Positions 10,127 through 19,072 of a stretch of DNA of 64,000 nucleotides are shown one piece after another. The stretch's first letter is position 1, and each line of letters opens with the position of its first letter. The position numbers and the translations under genes are program-made. This DNA comes from Polyangiaceae bacterium (GTDB lineage: Bacteria; Myxococcota_A; Polyangia; Polyangiales; Polyangiaceae): positions 1 to 64,000 of the forward strand of contig JBILLK010000027.1 in assembly GCA_044376115.1 (NCBI GenBank). The letters are read 5' to 3'. Below the pieces are notes generated by a model that was given only the letters and a program-made list of their open reading frames with translations, ran no database searches and was not told the DNA's origin.

Positions 10127-10151
10127 GGACAGCGACTGACCGAGCCTGATT

Positions 10152-10741
10152 CTAAACCCGCGGGTCTGTGGGCCACTCGACATCCGCCACAAGAGACCAA
10201 GCTCGAGCTCGATGGCTTCGAAGGGTCTGGCTCGAACGTGCTCGTCGTCACGGAAGACATCGAGGATGGCATAGTGGTCGCCCGTGAGGCCGAGCACCTC
10301 GAGGGTGCGCTGCACCGGGTTGACCAGCCAGACGTGCGAGACTTGGGCGCGCCTGTAGCAGAGGAGTTTCTCGCGTCGGTCGTGTCGCTCGGTTGAAGGC
10401 GAGAGCACCTCACAGGCCCAATCAGGCGCCAGCTCGAAGTATGGAACATCGGCTACGATCGACGGCATACGCTCGCGACGCCATCCGGCAAGATCCGGAA
10501 CGAGGATGTCCTCGCCGAGGTGGAGTTCGGGCTCGCCTAAGAGAATCCAACCGCCCCGACCACCTCGCCCGCGCTTGAATGGCGGGCCGAGTTCTTCGCC
10601 CAAGGCAGACGCTGCGGCCGCATGGGGCTTGGCTGGCCTAGGGTTCAGATGAAGCACGCCTTCGATCACCTCGGCGACCATATGTCGCGGGGCCGCGAGG
10701 ACGTCCTGATACGTCGCGCGCCGTGGCGCCTGGCTAGCCAT
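10152..10741 (-). pseudogene. Uma2 family PD-(D/E)xK endonuclease with apparent 1-bp frameshift near the 3' end
   Basis: EPELHL, VPDLAGW, APDWACEVLSPST, VWLVNP; one extra G at ~10187 gives ..LLWADVEWPTDPRV* (stop 10152); as written it reads on to 9866, 261 bp into the convergent gene. Confidence 0.75.
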
Positions 10742-10841
10742 GAGCGCAGCGTAGCCTGACGAAGGGCACGGCGAGACGCGGCGCAAAAGAAAAATGCGCC
10801 CTCTCGCGCGACAGCGCCGCATGGGCTCCGTCCGAAGGGCC

Positions 10842-11684
10842 ATGATGGATACAAAAGGCCTTACGCTGGCGCTCAGCGCCCTCGTTGCAACGTTCGTGGT
10901 CGCTTGCTCCGGCTCAGCTGAGAGTTCGGGAGAGGGCTGTGTGGCCGACACCGATTGCAAAGGGGACCGCATCTGCGAGGCCGGCGTTTGTGTGTCGGAA
11001 GGGAGCGGCGCAGGCGGCGATAGCAGTGGGACGGGCAATCAAGCTGCGGGCGGGCAAGGCTCGGGCGGGCAACCCGGTACAGCGTCTGGCAGTGATCCCG
11101 GCGGACCGACCTTTCTCTCGTTCGCGACCAATGTCTCAGCCATCGGCTGGGATGAATCGGTGGTTTTTACTGCGGTATTGACCGACCCTGACGGGGTCGA
11201 CGACGTAATCGGTGGCGCCCTGAAAGCGCCCTCTGGAGCGGCCTATGGAGCCTTTGCAACCAGCGGCCAAGAGGGCGCCTATCAGCTCAATCTGAGCTGG
11301 GCGCAGATGGACCAGCTCGAGACGATCGAGTTCGAGCTCGCCGCTGAGGGGCAGCGCACCTTCATCGCCGAGTTCTTTGATGGTGCGGGCAATCGCGCAG
11401 AGCGGCAGATCACGCTCACCTTCGACTGCGGCGGCTTCGGCGCTTGCGGCGGGTATTGTGGTCAACTCCGCTGCGGCAGCGAGTGTGTCGCCGCTTGGAG
11501 CGACGAGAACTGCGGCAGTTGCGGCAACGATTGTGGCTACGGCTATTGCGATGAAGGCGCGTGTTGGGGCGCCGAGAACAGCAACGCCTTGTGCTCGGAC
11601 GGGTTGGACAACGACGGCGACGGCTACTTCGACTGCGTGGACTTCAACTGCTCGAAGAACGCCAGTGTGACCGTGTGCAACTAG
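10842..11684 (+). CDS. Cys-rich lipoprotein
   Basis: Lipobox VVAC; C..DTDC.G..IC..G.C; DPDG.DD; NCGSCGNDC; CSDGLDNDGDGYFDC. Confidence 0.8.
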   Translation: MMDTKGLTLALSALVATFVVACSGSAESSGEGCVADTDCKGDRICEAGVCVSEGSGAGGDSSGTGNQAAGGQGSGGQPGTASGSDPGGPTFLSFATNVSAIGWDESVVFTAVLTDPDGVDDVIGGALKAPSGAAYGAFATSGQEGAYQLNLSWAQMDQLETIEFELAAEGQRTFIAEFFDGAGNRAERQITLTFDCGGFGACGGYCGQLRCGSECVAAWSDENCGSCGNDCGYGYCDEGACWGAENSNALCSDGLDNDGDGYFDCVDFNCSKNASVTVCN

Positions 11685-11792
11685 CCGTGGCCCGCCGCAT
11701 TGGCAATCGGCACTTCCGAGGGGACAAAGGTGTGCTCCCGGCGTATAGGGCGGGCGAGCGCTCCAAGCAGAGTCGCCAATGAGGTTCCGATC

Positions 11793-12263
11793 ATGAAGAT
11801 TTCGTCCGCGTGCACCCTCGTCATCAGCCTTTGTCTCGCAGCTTGCGGAGGCGAAGCAGGCACGGCAGCTAGCGGCTCGGCCAGCGCCAAGTCCACCGGC
11901 AGCGCCAAGCCCGCCGGCAGCGCCAAGCCCGCAGACAGCGCTAAGCCCGCCGAGAGCGCCAAGCCCGCCGAAGCACCGGGCCTCGAGGTTCAGCCGGAGA
12001 TGGCCGCATACCTCAAGGAGCTCGACGGCTCGGCCGACGGCGCATCCAAGGCGCTGAAGAAGGTCGCGAAGCCGGGCCTCGACGCCAAGGAGCTCGGTGA
12101 TTACACCCTCGGCGAGCCGAAGGTCCTCAAGGTCGACAAGAAGTCCGACAAGGTCACCTGCTACGACTTCGAGGCGAAGGCCGGCATGATGGTCGACACG
12201 TTCACCGGCGTTTGTTGGGAAGGCGGCAAGATCGTCTCCGTCGCCGGCCACGAGCGCAAGTAA
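11793..12263 (+). CDS. Hypothetical lipoprotein with SAKPA repeats
   Basis: Lipobox LAAC; five SAK(P/S)xx hexapeptides; GAGG upstream. Confidence 0.8.
   Translation: MKISSACTLVISLCLAACGGEAGTAASGSASAKSTGSAKPAGSAKPADSAKPAESAKPAEAPGLEVQPEMAAYLKELDGSADGASKALKKVAKPGLDAKELGDYTLGEPKVLKVDKKSDKVTCYDFEAKAGMMVDTFTGVCWEGGKIVSVAGHERK
11883..11972 (+). repeat. Coding 18-bp tandem repeat, 5 degenerate copies
   Basis: AGCGCCAAGCCCGCCGGC-like units encoding SAKSTG/SAKPAG/SAKPAD/SAKPAE/SAKPAE. Confidence 0.8.
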
Positions 12264-12346
12264 GCGTCATTCGCTTTGGGAACGAAGGCTGCGGTCACAC
12301 CGTGCGCCTTCGTTTTCGTTTTCCGGAGTGGGAGATCGGCCGGGAG

Positions 12347-12988
12347 CTATTGAAGAGCGACCCAGATCTCGTTGCGCCGCATGAGCGGCATGGTGAACGG
12401 CGGATCATATTGAGCGAGCGTGGGCGCGCCGACACTTGGGCGGTCATGGCGTTTCACCCAGTCCAGCAGGCTTTGGGTGCGCTCTTGCACAACGGGGCCG
12501 CGGGCCCAGCCGGAGAAGCGCAACACAGCGACCTCCTGCGCCGGTTGAACCACGAGCTTTACGCGTTCATCTTCGGGCTCGGGCAGCGTGTCCATGGTGT
12601 AGCTCGGCGGCATCGTGAAGGTGATGCGGAACTTCCCGTCTTCCAGTGTGGTAGCTGCGACCGGCGCGGTCATGGCGATCTTCTCCGAAGGCGTGCTTGC
12701 CACTGGCGCGGTCATCGCGATCTTCGTCTTGCTGCGGTTCTTACCAAAGATGTAGCCAGCGAGCCGACGAAAGCCCTCGCTTAGCGCGGCCTCGCGTTCC
12801 CCCTCGACCTCGGTTGTGGCCACGATCAGCGGGGCGTACTTGCGGACCTCCACCTCCCCGTCGTTCGAAAGCACGCTGTAGCGCGGCTCTTCCACCCCGC
12901 GCTTGAACCACAGGCCGGCGCCCACCCACGCCGCCATCCCAGCGGCTGAAGCCACCACCAATCCGATCAACATGCGGCGTCCTCTCAT
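12347..12988 (-). CDS. SOUL family heme-binding protein
   Basis: EEPRY, EVRKY, GFRRLAGYIFG.N, KIAMTAPV (twice), YDPPFT..RRNEI. Confidence 0.93.
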   Translation of the reverse strand: MRGRRMLIGLVVASAAGMAAWVGAGLWFKRGVEEPRYSVLSNDGEVEVRKYAPLIVATTEVEGEREAALSEGFRRLAGYIFGKNRSKTKIAMTAPVASTPSEKIAMTAPVAATTLEDGKFRITFTMPPSYTMDTLPEPEDERVKLVVQPAQEVAVLRFSGWARGPVVQERTQSLLDWVKRHDRPSVGAPTLAQYDPPFTMPLMRRNEIWVALQ

Positions 12989-13048
12989 TGCGCTCTGAAG
13001 CTAAGCACGCACACGAGCACTCGCTCGCGTTCGGATATAAAGAAGTGC

Positions 13049-13588
13049 ATGCAGCAAGGTCGAGCGCCCCACAGCGAAGGTTCGCGAGCCATCATCGTGG
13101 TGGGTCACGGCGCACCACCGAGTGACGTCCCTCGTGATCTGGTGATGCGCCTGAAGGCGCTGGAGGGGCGCAGGCGCGCTACCGGCAGCCCGATGGGCGA
13201 GGAGGAGCGCGAACTCGATAGCAAGGTGCGCCAATGGCCGCGGAGCGTAGAGACGGACCCTTACGCTGCGGGCGTCGAGAACCTGGTGGAGGCTGTGCGG
13301 CGAGCGAGCCCCGGGGTGCGTGTGGCGGTGGCGTTCAACGAGTTTTGTGCGCCCTCCTTGGAGCAGGCCGTGGAGCTGCTCTACGCCGACGGGGTGCGGG
13401 AGATTGACGTGGTTCCGACCATGTTCACCCAAGGTGGCGTTCACTCGGAGGTCGAGATTCCGGAGGCGCTCGAGGCGTTGCGCAGCGAGCACCCCGACCT
13501 CGTGCTGCACTACGCCTGGCCCTTCGATGCCGACGCGATCGCGAGCTTGCTGCTTGCAACCATCGCCAGCCGGGCGAAAGCCGGCTAG
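13049..13588 (+). CDS. CbiX/SirB family sirohydrochlorin chelatase (single domain)
   Basis: VVGHG, AFNEFCAPSL, VVPTMF..GGVHSEVEIP, YAWPF. Confidence 0.88.
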   Translation: MQQGRAPHSEGSRAIIVVGHGAPPSDVPRDLVMRLKALEGRRRATGSPMGEEERELDSKVRQWPRSVETDPYAAGVENLVEAVRRASPGVRVAVAFNEFCAPSLEQAVELLYADGVREIDVVPTMFTQGGVHSEVEIPEALEALRSEHPDLVLHYAWPFDADAIASLLLATIASRAKAG

Positions 13589-13668
13589 CCGCGGTCGTTC
13601 AGTGCTATTTAGGCTGAACGAAAGTCATCGATCCGACCCGCGAACCGTGCGCAAAGGGCGCATTCCTT

Positions 13669-14187
13669 TTGAACATGTGGAAAGCGCTGCGGCAAATCGC
13701 CGGCGATGCACAGGTTGAGGCGGCGCTGCGACTGCTGACCACTGAGGAGCGGCAAGAGATCGAGGAGGCCCAGGCCATCACCTGGGTGCGGATGTCCACC
13801 TCCTCGCGGCTCGTTGACGTCGTCGCGCAACAGGCCAGGCTCGACTCCGACAAGTTGTACGACGACGCGCTGGTGGTGGCCGTGGATTTGACCTTCGGCG
13901 GGGTTTGGAAGGTGTTGCTGCGCTTCGTAACGGCCGAGCTCCTCGTGCAACGCGCGGCCGTTCTGTACAGCAAGGCGCGCAGCATCGGCGCGGTGCGCGT
14001 CGAGATGCTTACGGCGAACACAGCGAACTTGCATCTGACCGAGGTGCCCAACCCCACCAGCCGGTATTTGCGTTCGCTGGCGATCGCTGCTGCGCGGCTG
14101 CTCGAGATCTCAGGGCAGAAGCAGGTGCGCTACGTGATCAAGCCCAACAGCCGTGGCGCGGTCATTCACATGCAATGGGGCGGCTAG
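13669..14187 (+). CDS. Myxobacterial hypothetical protein (DUF2378-like fold, tentative)
   Basis: Helical N-half (ITWV), beta-rich C-half ending in W; frame is open ~17 codons upstream without a standard start. Confidence 0.6.
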   Translation: MNMWKALRQIAGDAQVEAALRLLTTEERQEIEEAQAITWVRMSTSSRLVDVVAQQARLDSDKLYDDALVVAVDLTFGGVWKVLLRFVTAELLVQRAAVLYSKARSIGAVRVEMLTANTANLHLTEVPNPTSRYLRSLAIAAARLLEISGQKQVRYVIKPNSRGAVIHMQWGG

Positions 14188-14228
14188 CCGAGCTGGTCGC
14201 GCCGGAGCGGTCTCGTTAGAGTGAGGGC

Positions 14229-15152
14229 GTGATTCCCTTGGGTTGCGCGAAGGTTGCATCGGCATCGGCGGTGGTGTGGCTAGCAGCGGTGGCATCCGTG
14301 GGATGTGCGTCTTCTCCGGCGGCCTCGCGGGAAGGCGCGGCGAGCAGCGCGAGCGCGACGCCTGCGAGGGAGAGCGCTGTAGCGCCGACGAGCGTTGCAA
14401 GCCCGAGCGCCGCGACGGCGAGCGCCGAGGTTTCGGCGCCGACGCCGGTGCGCATTGCGCCAGCTGGATCAACGAGGGGAACCATCGCTTGCGGCGATCT
14501 CCGCTGCACTGCCGTTGCCGAGGTGTGTATGTCGGAGGAACTCGACGGTGCGTTCCACTGCGTCGCTCCTGCTGCAGACCAGTACGGCGAAGGGCGCAAT
14601 TGCGATGATGGGCTCGATTGCGCGCGAGGCTTCACCTGTTGCAAGACCTGGCAGCAGATGCACACGGCGTCGAGCTGTGTCGCGCGCGCCAAGGTAGCGA
14701 GCGAGTGCCAATGGGAGCTCTGTCAGCTCGATGGCGCGAAGTGTCCGAACGGTACGAGCTGCGTCGAGTCTGCGCCTGGGCAAGGCGGCGTGTGCGAGCC
14801 ACCCAAAGGGCCGGCGACCTGTGTGAACGGTGTCCGCTGCCCCAAGGACAAGCCGATCTGCGTCCTCGGTTCGGGTGGCGGTAACTGCGTCGCTGAAGGC
14901 TCTCCCGAGTTCAACGCCACGCCCGGCAACGACCGCTACGAATGCACGCGCCAGAGCGATTGCAACGGCGGTGATTCCTGCTCCTTCTCCTTCGGCGAGA
15001 CGCCGGCCTACGTGCGGACCTTCTGCGCCAAGCACGGTCCTTCGCTCGGCCACTTGGTTTGCGACCCCAAAGGGCCGCAGGCCAAGTCGTGCATGAAGCA
15101 GAACATCCCAGCGGCGTTGCCTTGGCTCGGGATGTTACCGCTAGGCGGTTGA
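14229..15152 (+). CDS. Cys-rich lipoprotein
   Basis: Lipobox SVGC, Ala/Ser/Pro linker, more than 20 Cys in repeated modules. Confidence 0.75.
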   Translation: MIPLGCAKVASASAVVWLAAVASVGCASSPAASREGAASSASATPARESAVAPTSVASPSAATASAEVSAPTPVRIAPAGSTRGTIACGDLRCTAVAEVCMSEELDGAFHCVAPAADQYGEGRNCDDGLDCARGFTCCKTWQQMHTASSCVARAKVASECQWELCQLDGAKCPNGTSCVESAPGQGGVCEPPKGPATCVNGVRCPKDKPICVLGSGGGNCVAEGSPEFNATPGNDRYECTRQSDCNGGDSCSFSFGETPAYVRTFCAKHGPSLGHLVCDPKGPQAKSCMKQNIPAALPWLGMLPLGG

Positions 15153-15174
15153 ACTCCCTGGGCGTGGGTTCGCC

Positions 15175-16109
15175 TCAGATGAGCTCATCGCAGAGTAGGT
15201 TCCACAAGCCGACGCTCGTCTTTTTGTAGTCCGCGGCCGTCATCGATGGATCGTAGTGGAGTCGGCAGCCGGGGGGGACGCTGATGCCGTTGATCTTCCG
15301 TAGACGGTCAAGCGGCCGCACATCGAACGACTCCAGCGACGTTGAACCGAGATCCACGTTGCGCAGCCCGCTCGCGACCTCGAAGCCTGCGACGGAAGCA
15401 GCTTTCACGCCGCGGCTCCTCACGAGCACGGCGCGCAAGGAGGGGTTCGCAAGGTGCGGGAGCTCGAGCTCCGCCAAGCTGTCGTTGCCGAACACGTCAA
15501 ACGTCTCGAGCCCTTTTCCAGCCAACGGAGCGAGGTCTAGCTTGCGGTAATCGCCCATCGAGAGGCGTAAGTCGCGCAAGGTCGAGAAGCCAGAGAGGTC
15601 GACGGTCACTCCGTTGGGCATGGTGACTCCCAGAGCGGTGAGCTTGGGAAGCCTCGCGAGCGCGGCCCAGTCGATCGCTTCAAGTTGTCGAACATCCAGC
15701 GCCAGCTTCGCGATCGGCAGGCCTTCGAGCGGCCGCAGGTCGATCGCGCGGGCCTTGGTGGACAAGTTGAAATTCGTGAGCTGGCTGCAACTTTGCAGCT
15801 TGTTCAGGTCGACCGGGGCGTGGTCCATGCTGAGGCTGAGCTCGGTGAGCGGGCAGTCTGGCCATTGCGACAGGTCAGGGAACGTCCTGACGCCAACGCT
15901 GAGGATCCGCAGCTCTGCGAGGTTCCGCAGATCGCGGATCTCCAGCGCGACACGGCCCTCATAGGAGAGGGTGAACTTGCTCAGGTTGGGTGAGCCCGCC
16001 AAGTTTCCAAGCGCCGCAGCGGTTCATGGTCGACCAGCTGTTTTGCTCGCGCCGTCACCTTCAAGCGATAGGCGCTTCCATCGAGTTTCTCTGCTTCGAG
16101 TACAGCCAT
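15175..16109 (-). pseudogene. Leucine-rich repeat protein, apparently frameshifted near the 5' end
   Basis: LxxLxL / IDL.PL repeats in 15175-16002; GGAG then ATG at 16109 opens a 42-aa frame that overlaps but is out of frame with the LRR body; in-frame TGA lies just upstream of the body. Confidence 0.6.
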
Positions 16110-16224
16110 CTCTTCTCCAAGGCCTAGGGGGAGCTCGCGCTCGATGCTCTCGCGCGGTTTGCTTCGACCTATCTAGTGCGTCTGCGGCGCCAAAGCGCGG
16201 GCAAACTGTGTTCGACTACGGCAC

Positions 16225-17166
16225 GTGTCAGCGCTGCTCGGCCATCTCTACACGCTTGGTCCGTTCCTTCGGTATGGCCTGCAGCCACCGCAAGCGCCGG
16301 CCAGCGCGGCGTTCGAACTCGCGGTGCCCGATGCTCGCTACGGCAGCGTTCCCTTGCGCGGCCGGCTTTCTTCAGCGCGCCGTCGCTCGTGCGTGATCGC
16401 GATTCACGGGCTCGGCGGCGACGCCGAAAGCGCCTATGTCGTCGCCTTCGCCAAGGCTGCCTGGGAACGAGGGCACGACGTCTTGCGGCTGGGGATGCGC
16501 GGCTCCGACGGCCTCGGCGACGATGTCTACCATGCGGGCTTGGCCAGCGATCTGGCCGCCGTCTGTGCCAGCCCAGCCTTGGCTGACTATCAGGAGCTAC
16601 GGCTCGTGGGCTTTTCGCTTGGTGGGCATCTTGCGTTGCATGCGGCCCTAGCAAACGCCGATGCTCGTCTGCGAGCCGTCGCCGCCGTTGGTGCGCCGCT
16701 CGATCTTGCGTTGGGTCAGCTGGCGATCGATGCGGCGGAGCGCTGGCCGTATCGGCGTCATGTGTTGCGTGGCCTGCAGGCGATGGCGGTGCGCTTGGAA
16801 GAACGCGGCCGTTTGCCGTCTCCGCTCGCGGCGGTGAAACGCGCGCGCACTTTGCTCGATTGGGATCGACTGGTGGTCGCCAAGCGCTTTGGCTTCGACG
16901 GTCCGGAGGCGTATTACGCGAGCGAGAGCGTTGGTCCGCGCTTACCCAAACTAGCCGTCCCAACCATTTACGTAGGCGCCGAGCACGACCCGATGATACC
17001 CGCCAGCACCGTGCAACCATCGCTCGCCCGCGCGAGCTCAGCGCTGGACGTTCGCTGGCTTCGGCGCGCGGGGCATATCGGCTTTGCGCGCGAGGTGGAT
17101 CTCGGAGAACGAGGCGAGCGCGGCTTTGAACCGCAGCTCTTGAGCTGGCTCGAGCGGGCCGGCTGA
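16225..17166 (+). CDS. Alpha/beta hydrolase, YheT family
   Basis: IHGLGG, YHAG..SDL, GFSLGG nucleophile, DPMIP, GHIGF. Confidence 0.9.
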   Translation: MSALLGHLYTLGPFLRYGLQPPQAPASAAFELAVPDARYGSVPLRGRLSSARRRSCVIAIHGLGGDAESAYVVAFAKAAWERGHDVLRLGMRGSDGLGDDVYHAGLASDLAAVCASPALADYQELRLVGFSLGGHLALHAALANADARLRAVAAVGAPLDLALGQLAIDAAERWPYRRHVLRGLQAMAVRLEERGRLPSPLAAVKRARTLLDWDRLVVAKRFGFDGPEAYYASESVGPRLPKLAVPTIYVGAEHDPMIPASTVQPSLARASSALDVRWLRRAGHIGFAREVDLGERGERGFEPQLLSWLERAG

Positions 17167-17199
17167 GACGAAGGGCGACGCTCTTGCTAGCGTGGTGGC

Positions 17200-18783
17200 A
17201 TGCATCATCGACGCTCGGCTTCCTTCCTCGTCCTGCTCGCGGCGGTCATCCCCAGCGGCACGCTGTTCGCTGTCGATGCAGACCCTTCCAACTACGAGGC
17301 CGTGGTTCCTACCCTTACGCCGGGCAGTACGCTGTCACTGGCCGCAGGAACGTACACCGGCAATCTGGATCTCGTCGGGCTGCAAGGTACGGCTGATGCG
17401 CCCATCGTGATCGAGGGTCCAGCGGACAAGTCGGCGCGCTTCACCGCCAACGCCTGTTGCAACACGGTTGAGATCACCGATACGAGTCACCTCGTGCTGC
17501 GCAATCTCACCATCGATGGTGGTGGAGTCGCTGGCGTCTTCGGCGTAAGCGCGAAAGGCAGCAGCAACGTGGTGCACCACATCACGATCGAGGATTGCTT
17601 GTTCATCGGTCACGGTGGTTCGCAGCAGACGGTGGCGATCTCCACCAAGTCCCCGACCTGGGGCTGGGTGATCCGAGGCAACGTGATCGACGGAGCGGGT
17701 ACCGGGCTCTATCTCGGCAACAGCGATGGCTCGCAGCCGTTCGTCGACGGTTTGATCGAGCGCAACCTGGTGAAGAACACCATCGGCTACAACATGCAGA
17801 TCAAGTACCAGTCGGCTTGGCCAGCTGGGACCGAGCTACCAACCGACGCGACGAGCACGGTGATCCGCGACAACGTCTTCATCAAGAACGACGACCCGAG
17901 CCCGGATGGTGACCGACCCAACGTGCTCGTGGGAGGCTTCCCCGAGACAGGGCCGGGATCAGAGAATCAGGTCGAGATCGTCGGCAACTTCTTCTTCCAC
18001 AACCCGCGCGAATCTCTTTTGCAGGCCTCTGGTCGCGTGAGCATTCACGACAACGTGTTCGTTGATGCGGCCTCGAGCGCGCTGCTCGTGACCAACCATG
18101 ACCTGCCGCTTCGACGCGCGCGCATCTATCACAACACCTTCTACTCGGCAGATACGGCGGTCAGCTTCGGTTCCGCGGCGTCGGAGGGCGACTTCGTCGC
18201 GGGCAACCTGATCTTCGCGGGCGCAGGGATCTCCGGCTCGGTCTCGAACGATGTTGAGAACCTCGTGTTCGACGTAAGCGAGGCAGCCACCGTTGTCGCG
18301 AACCCAACGCTCACTCTTGGTGAAATGGACTTCTACCCGTTGGTGGGCCAGGCGCAGGGCGCGGCGATCGACCTTTCTGCGGTGAATAGCGACGTCGACT
18401 TTGATCTGGATTTCAACCGTACGGACAAAGGCGCTGCTACGCATCGCGGCGCCTACGCTGGAGACGGGCGCAACCCCGGATGGCAACTCGATGATGGTCT
18501 CAAGACGCTCAACGCGGCGGGCGGTGGCGGCGTTGGTGGCGGCAGCGGCGGTGGGGCCGAGGGCGGTGCTGGCACTGGTGGCGAGAGCCCAACCACGAAC
18601 AACTCCACAGCTGCAGGCGCTGGCGACCTCGACGACCGGGAGGAGGGCGGCTGTGATTGTCGCGCGGTAGGGTCGCGTCGCGACCATGCTTGGCTCGCTC
18701 TCCTTGGCGTCAGTGCGCTCATCGTCGGCGCTGCGAGGAGAAGGACGCGATCGGGGATTGCGCGTCACCTAGCAGGCCGCTGA
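17200..18783 (+). CDS. Secreted right-handed beta-helix protein with MYXO-CTERM-type anchor
   Basis: Signal peptide, L.PG.TL.LAAGTY, repeated I..N.I/F beta-helix rungs, Gly linker, GGCDC + TM + RRR tail. Confidence 0.85.
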   Translation: MHHRRSASFLVLLAAVIPSGTLFAVDADPSNYEAVVPTLTPGSTLSLAAGTYTGNLDLVGLQGTADAPIVIEGPADKSARFTANACCNTVEITDTSHLVLRNLTIDGGGVAGVFGVSAKGSSNVVHHITIEDCLFIGHGGSQQTVAISTKSPTWGWVIRGNVIDGAGTGLYLGNSDGSQPFVDGLIERNLVKNTIGYNMQIKYQSAWPAGTELPTDATSTVIRDNVFIKNDDPSPDGDRPNVLVGGFPETGPGSENQVEIVGNFFFHNPRESLLQASGRVSIHDNVFVDAASSALLVTNHDLPLRRARIYHNTFYSADTAVSFGSAASEGDFVAGNLIFAGAGISGSVSNDVENLVFDVSEAATVVANPTLTLGEMDFYPLVGQAQGAAIDLSAVNSDVDFDLDFNRTDKGAATHRGAYAGDGRNPGWQLDDGLKTLNAAGGGGVGGGSGGGAEGGAGTGGESPTTNNSTAAGAGDLDDREEGGCDCRAVGSRRDHAWLALLGVSALIVGAARRRTRSGIARHLAGR

Positions 18784-18813
18784 CCTTCTCGACGCAGGAC
18801 CTTCTCGACGCAG
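18782..18813. repeat. Perfect 16-bp tandem duplication
   Basis: GACCTTCTCGACGCAG at 18782-18797 and 18798-18813. Confidence 0.9.
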
Positions 18814-19072
18814 GGCAGATAGGTACTTTAGACAGGTAGTTCTACGGACGCTAATTGCTCGGAGGGCGCTGATGATGCCGGCGTCCACGTGGTGCTTCGT
18901 GCTTGCGGAGGCGCTGCGGACGCACGGGTCAAAGCTTGAGTGAGAACCAGCAGCGGTGCGCTTGAGAGGTCAGCGCGCTTCCGAACTCTTAAGGATGCTG
19001 CTTGAGCGCCCGTCCTGAGCTTCAGGTGTTGTGCGCTGGAGAGTCTTGCGCCGACCCGCACAGGAGGCTCCT

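Noticed and set aside
12659..12725. KIAMTAPVA duplication in the SOUL gene as a novel event
   Set aside because: Repeats of this motif are common in bacterial SOUL proteins
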